A stretch of 64,000 bases of DNA. It comes from an archaeon (GTDB taxonomy: Archaea > Micrarchaeota > Micrarchaeia > Anstonellales > Bilamarchaeaceae). The stretch spans positions 77,195 through 141,194 of the forward strand of contig JAGVNI010000008.1 in assembly GCA_020053355.1 (NCBI GenBank), written 5' to 3'. The notes under the pieces are model-generated. The model was given only the letters and a program-made list of their open reading frames with translations. It was not told where the DNA came from and made no database searches. The position numbers were made by a program, and so were the translations under genes. Shown here in pieces: positions 59,001 through 64,000 of this stretch; the stretch's first letter is position 1, and each line of letters begins with the position of its first letter.

Positions 59001-60284
59001 CGTCGGAAGGGAGCTGCCGTGGATTTCCGTCACTTCGGCCTGCGCCGTCTGGCGTGCTATCTCCACCATGCGCATGTAAGCGGCCTGCTGCGTGGTGAAA
59101 AGCTGGACTGCCTCGGAGAAGCGGTTATTCTGCAGATGCCCCACCATCTGTCTCATGGATGTATCGTCAAGGAGCCAGACGTCAGAAACCCTCACCCTTC
59201 CGCCGGATGCGGTCTGAAGGCCGGCATTCACGGCCGGGTTGGTTGCGAGCGCTGTGACATCGGATGCGAGGGCATGCGGCGAGCCGGTCGCAGTCTCGTA
59301 CTGGCGCCTGCGCGCCTCGGTGGACGCCTCGTTGGCGGCCTGCAATTCTGCCGTGATTAGCGTCCTTGCCTGGCCGAGTTTCGTATCAATCGTGCGCTGG
59401 CTCGGCCTGCGCGCGTCGAATTCGCGGTTCAATTCGCGCATGAGCGAGGTCGCCCTGGCCCGGATTTGCGCGCTGCGCCCGTTTGCTGCGATGAATTCGA
59501 GGTCGTACATGACTCCGGAGTTCTGCTCCCGTAATGTTGCGGTCACAGGGGCTGCCGGCTGGGCGGTTGCGGTTGCCGAAGGCTGCGCCGGTCCTGGGAC
59601 TGCGGTCGGAGCCACCGGCACTGGAACAGGAACTGTTACCGGCGCAGTTGGCTGTGCCGTCGGAGCCGCAGGCTGCGGGCCTGCGACAGTCGGAGCCACT
59701 GCGGTTGCAACTACGGTTGCGCCGGGCGCGCTGAGCGCGATTGTGAGCCTTGTCCTTAGTTCGTCGAGGACTGCCTGGTCTATCGTGCTGTCCTGGTTCC
59801 TCCCGGTAAGTGCCGGGCGGTCGCGCCAGGTGCCGTTCAGCCAGGTGTTCAAGGAGTGGAATTTATCTAGCGTGGTGGTTCCGGTAATCGGGATGCCTAA
59901 GGCTGAGGCGTTGGTGGCAAGCGTCGTGAGAAGGGCGGTCACGTTGGCATCGGTGTATCCGACGACGGGCGGTATGCCGCTCTGCCTCATGGTATCGAGC
60001 TGAGTCCGAATGCCGGTCAGCTGAGTTACGAGATTCCCCCTCAGGGCTTCAAGGGCCCTTGTGTCCAGTTGCGTCTGCTGCGCAGCAGCTTCGCGCATCG
60101 TTCCGCCACCCATAATAACACCACCTGCCATCACGGCAGAAAGCAGGAACCTTCCGAAATAACTTGGCCTGCGTATCGCTGAAAGATACCGGGGTGTAGA
60201 ATTTAAATGTTCACCTTCGCGCATCCCGGTTTCTGAATCGTGTTGAAGCTTTCTAGGTCCACCCATGTCAATCCCGCCTCTCAA
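56079..60284 (-). CDS. giant (1401 aa) secreted/membrane-anchored protein with Pro/Thr/Ala linker
   Basis: An N-terminal hydrophobic segment is present. A low-complexity PT linker reads APTAQPTAPVTVPVPVPVAPTAVPGPAQPSATATAQPAAPVT. The C-terminal tail repeats PPATATSRPATPPAQPAAPSSS. Confidence 0.45.
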   Translation of the reverse strand: MRGGIDMGGPRKLQHDSETGMREGEHLNSTPRYLSAIRRPSYFGRFLLSAVMAGGVIMGGGTMREAAAQQTQLDTRALEALRGNLVTQLTGIRTQLDTMRQSGIPPVVGYTDANVTALLTTLATNASALGIPITGTTTLDKFHSLNTWLNGTWRDRPALTGRNQDSTIDQAVLDELRTRLTIALSAPGATVVATAVAPTVAGPQPAAPTAQPTAPVTVPVPVPVAPTAVPGPAQPSATATAQPAAPVTATLREQNSGVMYDLEFIAANGRSAQIRARATSLMRELNREFDARRPSQRTIDTKLGQARTLITAELQAANEASTEARRRQYETATGSPHALASDVTALATNPAVNAGLQTASGGRVRVSDVWLLDDTSMRQMVGHLQNNRFSEAVQLFTTQQAAYMRMVEIARQTAQAEVTEIHGSSLPTREQLTARERQDGQSAGAYYNLRVPREGRVQRRIPTARSDLEAVAQRRLDAATAMSGQSGRLAYYAVTDLYNDTRAETRNIHYLISLWDYANSHSLSTNGEASTFYQNYTAAVALFAAPELNPFRDLYTRDQQMALIRAHLNLPVGVNPTTAQEATARRELTERFMRNLPLKYDYTLFNVFEQVAKLNTPSGATGIPRLASVRTLRVVTEMEYAPYLANVPPVIRDDQGRQLMNAQGEMLSSDELAQLTPTVPHRRFVFVRGMLERAVQSATDSGMRADDRVLVAARAWLTSTATEPTTDAARISAADTLYNVTLGLLSIREAELWAANPSFRPSSPAATTTGAAEQLTRARAAFLWSFSNRQVGTAYHANMARRLADDATSMLMGPGFSYTEAPGMFFTRAYYGNAPRPSSVPQTTTWLPTLNEQIASGQTGEQLYLTFLTSLASGSSAALFSPSAAETTLASAGLAGPTNALGLSVGRETPQFTWTVAPLGEYPDYYPVQRRARPTVAPLDTHALPRTITASPDLGNHGHEDVDKYVHGQTYVEVSRQFYMSVDPGVDPLLHGFEVAPNAYPVRTEAQFRAQDQALKDRLIAIAREYNLPADRPLIDSLRERMQTTATAYSTALAGADDATRTRLLGERQQESNRIMLAILDVRIAQLDARLSGNVMLADGQPIRASDLTRSRDPRKYTVVRAQEMLAEARALRTRFAAALGTDYFGRGGVDPREAIGIAEMGIASLTDSEVRVIERPITPRITAMVPTDAITQDRSTRVNDRNDRETIVTFTATRTMITPQGGSPVTLEEYERTNGRQNLTYYWFMFQDIQPSTGMLLLNPQYRDTTQPRYVGMVQRGATTTDGRTGDFVVRVRRVDAPSRDLEWAVVAEADGRIRPENILFEMRSGTMDPVRDTRLEANIQSVAFARSSTQQTVVNYGPITPVLIVRPSASNAQPPATATSRPATPPAQPAAPSSSARKK

Positions 60285-60409
60285 TGATTTTGATACACCT
60301 AAGTATATTATTTAAAACAGAATATTTTATAAACCAATCTTCGCCATCTTCGACGACTATATTCTATCCCCATCCCCGATATCTATTATGGCAGGATTAC
60401 TATATAAAT

Positions 60410-62032
60410 ATGTTAGATGGCCGCAAGCGATATAAGACGGGATGCATTAGGAGGTTCATGGAACTCCGCGGTCAGCTGGTCGACGTCTTTGAAGGTTCGG
60501 TCTATCCCGCGAGCGTAAGGTTCGGCAGGGTTATCGAGTGCATAACCCGGTTGGAGAAGGCGCCGGCGGTGTTCATCCTTCCCGGCCTCGTGGACGGCCA
60601 CATGCATGTCGAAAGCACAATGCTCCTGCCTTCCGAATACGCGCGCGCCACCGTTCGCCACGGGACTGTGGCCGCGGTCGCCGACCCGCATGAAATCGGC
60701 AACGTCCTCGGGGCAAAAGGCGTCAGGTTCATGATAAAAAATGGCCGCCGCTCCGGGTTCAGGTTCTTCTTCGGCGCCCCGTCCTGCGTGCCGGCAACTG
60801 CTTACGAGACATCCGGCGCAACCCTGGGACCGCGGGAGGTGGAAGGGCTCCTGTCCCGGAATGACGTGCATCATTTGTCCGAAGTCATGGACTACCCCGG
60901 CGTGATAGCCGGAAAGCCGGAGGTCATGGCAAAGATTGCGGCGGCGAAAAGATACGGGAAGGCTGTTGATGGGCACGCGCCCGGCCTCATGGGCAAAGAC
61001 CTGGACCGGTATATATCGGCCGGAATCAGCACCGACCATGAGTGCTACATGCTTGCGGAAGCGCAGGAGAAGATGGAGAAGGGGATGGTTATACTTGTCC
61101 GGGAAGGCTCGGCCGCAAAAAACCTGGAAACCCTGCACCCGGTGCTAAAGGGCGGAAAAAACATGCTCTGCACGGATGATATGGAGCCCGGGGACATCTT
61201 TCGGGGCCATATGGATTCGGTCCTCCGCAAATGCGTCTCCCTGGGCGTGAAGCCGCTTGACGCCATCCGGTGCTGCACACGGAACCCTTGCGAGCACTAC
61301 GGCCTTAAGACCGGCCTGCTGAGAGTCGGGGATGCGGCAGACATCACGGTCGCAAGCGACCTGCGCTCGTTCCGGGTACTTGAAACCTATATCGAAGGCA
61401 GGAAGGTATATTCCGGGAATAAAACGTCCCTCCCGCGCATCGTTGAAAAGCCCCTGAACAACTTCAAGGCCGCGATGATTCGCCCATCCGATATAGCATG
61501 CAATCCCAGCGGAAACGTTTTGGTCATAGGGGCTGTCGACGGCGAGCTGGTGACCGATAAGCTGGTGGTGCCGGCCCAATCGCTTGCAAAGGAAGGGGTG
61601 CAGAAGATCGTCGTGATAAACCGGTACCGCAAGGCATTGCCCGCGGTCGGATTCATAAAGGGTTTCAATTTGAAACGCGGCGCGCTTGCATCAAGCGTCA
61701 TGCATGATTCGCACAATATCGGCGTGATAGGGGCTGACGACGAGTCGATTTGCAAGGCGGCGAACGCGATAATAAAAATGAAGGGCGGGCTTGCGGTCTT
61801 TGACGGAAAGAATACGAGCGCACTTGCGCTCCCGTTTGCCGGCCTCATGTGCGGCGAGGAAGCCGGGAAGGTCGCACGGAGGCATGCGCTTCTTATCAAG
61901 GCGCTCCGGCCTCTTGGATGCAGGATGAGGGCGCCTTTCATGACGCTTTCGTTCATGGCGCTCCTCGTGATTCCGCATCTGAAAATCTCGGACAGGGGAT
62001 TGTTCGACGCGGACAGGTTCGGGTTCGTTTAG
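60410..62032 (+). CDS. ade: adenine deaminase
   Basis: ILPGLVDGHMHVESTM, and the downstream metal ligands and length, match the amidohydrolase-family adenine deaminase. The start is ambiguous among MLDGRK (60410), MELRGQL, and the long ORF from 60284. Confidence 0.75.
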   Translation: MLDGRKRYKTGCIRRFMELRGQLVDVFEGSVYPASVRFGRVIECITRLEKAPAVFILPGLVDGHMHVESTMLLPSEYARATVRHGTVAAVADPHEIGNVLGAKGVRFMIKNGRRSGFRFFFGAPSCVPATAYETSGATLGPREVEGLLSRNDVHHLSEVMDYPGVIAGKPEVMAKIAAAKRYGKAVDGHAPGLMGKDLDRYISAGISTDHECYMLAEAQEKMEKGMVILVREGSAAKNLETLHPVLKGGKNMLCTDDMEPGDIFRGHMDSVLRKCVSLGVKPLDAIRCCTRNPCEHYGLKTGLLRVGDAADITVASDLRSFRVLETYIEGRKVYSGNKTSLPRIVEKPLNNFKAAMIRPSDIACNPSGNVLVIGAVDGELVTDKLVVPAQSLAKEGVQKIVVINRYRKALPAVGFIKGFNLKRGALASSVMHDSHNIGVIGADDESICKAANAIIKMKGGLAVFDGKNTSALALPFAGLMCGEEAGKVARRHALLIKALRPLGCRMRAPFMTLSFMALLVIPHLKISDRGLFDADRFGFV

Positions 62033-62076
62033 TTTATCCGGACTCGCCGGCCGCCCCAGAATTTTATAAATGTTCC

Positions 62077-63054
62077 ATGGGTATTCAAGCCCAGATGGAC
62101 ATTTTCGCGATAACACTCACAATCCTAGGCCTCGCATTCTTCGAGACGATTACCAGCATAGACAATGCCATAATCAACGCGGAGGTCCTCTCGAAGATGT
62201 CGGAAAAGGCCAGGAAATGGTTCCTTCTCTGGGGCATCATCATCGCGGTGGTCGTCATCCGGGGGCTTCTTCCCGGCCTGATTCTGTTTGCCGCCAATCC
62301 GTCGCTCGGGCCCGTGGGGGTTGTGACAGCGATGTTCAGCTCCGACCCGGCAGTCGCGCATGCGATTGAGCAGAGCAGCCCCATCCTGCTGATGGGCGGA
62401 GGCGTGTTCCTGATTTTCCTTTTCTTCCACTGGCTATTTCTTGAGCCCAAGCATTTCGGGCTTCCGGGCGAAGGGTTCATCAAGAGCCAGGGCGTCTGGT
62501 TCTTCGCGGTCGTGTCGATTTTCCTCATGCTGATTACATGGTACGCAATCAACATGGACCCCTTGCTAGCTTTCGGCGCCGTCGTCGGCTCGACTGCGTT
62601 CTTCATCGTGCACGGCTTCAAGCAGAACGCCGAACTGGCCGAGAGGGATATGCTTGAAGGCGGAAACTCGGCTGCGGGCAACATGAGCGACCTAAGCAAA
62701 CTCCTCTACCTGGAAGTCATCGATGCGACGTTCTCGGTCGATGGCGTTGTGGGCGCGTTCGCATTCACCCTCGCCGTGCCGCTGATTCTTGTCGGCAACG
62801 GCATCGGCGCGTTCGTCGTTCGGGAATTCACGATACGCAACATCGAGAACGTCAAAAAATACATTTTCCTCAAAAACGGCGCGATGTATTCCATCCTTTT
62901 CCTGGGCGCGATAATGATTCTCGACGGTTTCGGATACGAGATACCGACCTGGCTCTCGCCGATAATGACTTTCGCCATCGTTGGCTTCTTCTTCTGGAAA
63001 TCCATCGTGCACCTTAAGAAGAACGGCGGCGTCATCGCCAAGCAGGCGCATTAG
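62077..63054 (+). CDS. polytopic membrane protein (TerC/DUF475-like)
   Basis: The start was refined to MGIQAQMDIF. ITSIDNAIINAEV and a later IDATFSVDGV give the duplicated DN/D-containing helix pair typical of TerC-like transporters. There are 8-9 TM helices. Confidence 0.4.
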   Translation: MGIQAQMDIFAITLTILGLAFFETITSIDNAIINAEVLSKMSEKARKWFLLWGIIIAVVVIRGLLPGLILFAANPSLGPVGVVTAMFSSDPAVAHAIEQSSPILLMGGGVFLIFLFFHWLFLEPKHFGLPGEGFIKSQGVWFFAVVSIFLMLITWYAINMDPLLAFGAVVGSTAFFIVHGFKQNAELAERDMLEGGNSAAGNMSDLSKLLYLEVIDATFSVDGVVGAFAFTLAVPLILVGNGIGAFVVREFTIRNIENVKKYIFLKNGAMYSILFLGAIMILDGFGYEIPTWLSPIMTFAIVGFFFWKSIVHLKKNGGVIAKQAH

Positions 63055-63177
63055 GAGTCGCTCCCGCAGGGAAGGAAATCCGGCCGGGCGGGGAGCATGC
63101 CTGTGCGGGTTCTCTCCAAGCGGAGCGGGGATACGCCTTTTTATGTTGCCTAGGACTAACCCGGATAGGGGATTTAT

Positions 63178-63885
63178 ATGAAAAAAATCTTAGGGATTAT
63201 CACATTGGCATTTGCCCTCCTGATTGCAGGTTGCCTGCAACAGCAATCTTCGCTCGGAGGCGGAAATGGAAGGGTTGTCTTTACAGTCGCTGACAAAGCC
63301 GCCGAGATGGGTTCGGTCAGCAGCGTGAAAGTGACGATAGACAGCGTCGCGGTGCAGAGCGCCACGCAGGGCTGGATTGACGTCTCTTCCACCGAGAAGA
63401 CATTCGACCTGCTTGCGCTCAAGGCTTCCGGTAAGCAAGCGTTATTGGCAGATGTCAACCTGAGCAATGGCACCTACAACCAGGTCCGGTTGTCGATTTC
63501 AAAGGTAGTCGTGACCGATGATACCGGAGAACACGACGCCAGGCTTCCTTCCGGCGACCTGAAAATCGTAGGCGCGTTCGATGCCAAGGGTAACTCCACT
63601 TCGGTAGTGGCTTTTGACTTCATAGCGGACGAATCGCTCCATGTGACCGGGAATGGCGAATACATCCTGGCTCCAGTAGTGCACCTCCAGACCAGGAATG
63701 ACGCCGAGGTAAAAATCAATAGCGAAAACGATGTCGAAGTGAAAAATGGCAATCTAAAGGCCGATATAAAAGTCGGCATGGACGAGAACGGCACTGTCGG
63801 CGAAAATGCGAGAATCCCGGCGGATGTGAACGTCTCGATAGATGTGAGCGGGAAAATCCGCAGGTTTGGAGTAGGCCTGGATTAA
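63178..63885 (+). CDS. DUF4382-like lipoprotein
   Basis: It has a signal peptide with lipobox LIAGC and a beta-rich body (VKVTIDSVAVQS..WIDVS, YNQVRLSISKVVV). Confidence 0.4.
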   Translation: MKKILGIITLAFALLIAGCLQQQSSLGGGNGRVVFTVADKAAEMGSVSSVKVTIDSVAVQSATQGWIDVSSTEKTFDLLALKASGKQALLADVNLSNGTYNQVRLSISKVVVTDDTGEHDARLPSGDLKIVGAFDAKGNSTSVVAFDFIADESLHVTGNGEYILAPVVHLQTRNDAEVKINSENDVEVKNGNLKADIKVGMDENGTVGENARIPADVNVSIDVSGKIRRFGVGLD

Positions 63886-63900
63886 TCAGGCGCAGATGAT

Positions 63901-63936
63901 CGCTGGCCGGCGGGCCAGCGCATCCTTTTTTTATTT
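63901..63936 (+). terminator. 8-bp GC hairpin (CGCTGGCC-ggcg-GGCCAGCG) followed by T8 tract
   Basis: It lies 16 nt after the stop of the 63178..63885 gene. Archaeal termination at oligo-T is established. Confidence 0.4.
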
Positions 63937-64000
63937 CCCCTCGTATCCGATTGCCCGAACGCAGTGATGGGGATTATATTAAAAACATTTTTCCGGATGT

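Noticed and set aside
1-64000. CRISPR arrays and cas genes
   Set aside because: No series of regularly spaced direct repeats with unique spacers is present. The only tandem repeats are the in-frame TETDSG coding repeat and the ORB-like pair.

Overview
This 64 kb window is an archaeal chromosomal segment at roughly 58-60% GC. The archaeal identity rests on adjacent DNA primase large and small subunit genes (PriL, PriS), Orc1/Cdc6, aIF2-gamma, ribosomal protein S6e, TFE, pyruvoyl-dependent arginine decarboxylase, and two intron-containing tRNA genes. The taxon cannot be named from sequence alone. Housekeeping genes recognised include pyrF, an NAD(P)HX dehydratase, deoxyhypusine synthase, purB, adenine deaminase, a beta-CASP RNase, an M24 peptidase, an HD hydrolase, a family 4 glycosyltransferase and a DUF59 protein. 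Alongside these are several accessory-looking blocks.
(1) A copper-handling locus at 12.8-18.7 kb. It comprises a membrane-anchored wHTH regulator, two cupredoxin-like paralogs, a CopZ-like HMA chaperone, an HMA domain fused to a Met-rich membrane domain, and a CopA P-type ATPase.
(2) A five-gene minus-strand operon at 29.7-36.1 kb. It is built around a HerA/VirB4-like (DUF87) ATPase, three membrane proteins (one with a zinc ribbon), a coiled-coil protein with a wHTH-like C-terminus and an 853-aa extracytoplasmic protein. This is the best candidate for an undescribed membrane translocation system.
(3) A low-GC, repeat-rich stretch of about 1.8 kb at 19.4-21.2 kb around an intron-containing tRNA-Ser. 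It carries four att-like copies of the tRNA 3' end, a hairpin family showing compensatory base changes, and a lone P-loop NTPase gene. The most likely reading is decayed integrated-element scars.
(4) A GC-rich block at 49.6-60.3 kb encoding four very large secreted proteins on one strand, two of them paralogs.
(5) Tandem HExxH metalloprotease paralogs.
(6) A candidate replication origin with ORB-like repeats upstream of orc1/cdc6 and near the primase genes.
The ORF track missed both tRNAs and the partial FKBP gene at the window start. Many ORFs in the track overlap recognisable genes on the opposite strand and are treated as spurious.
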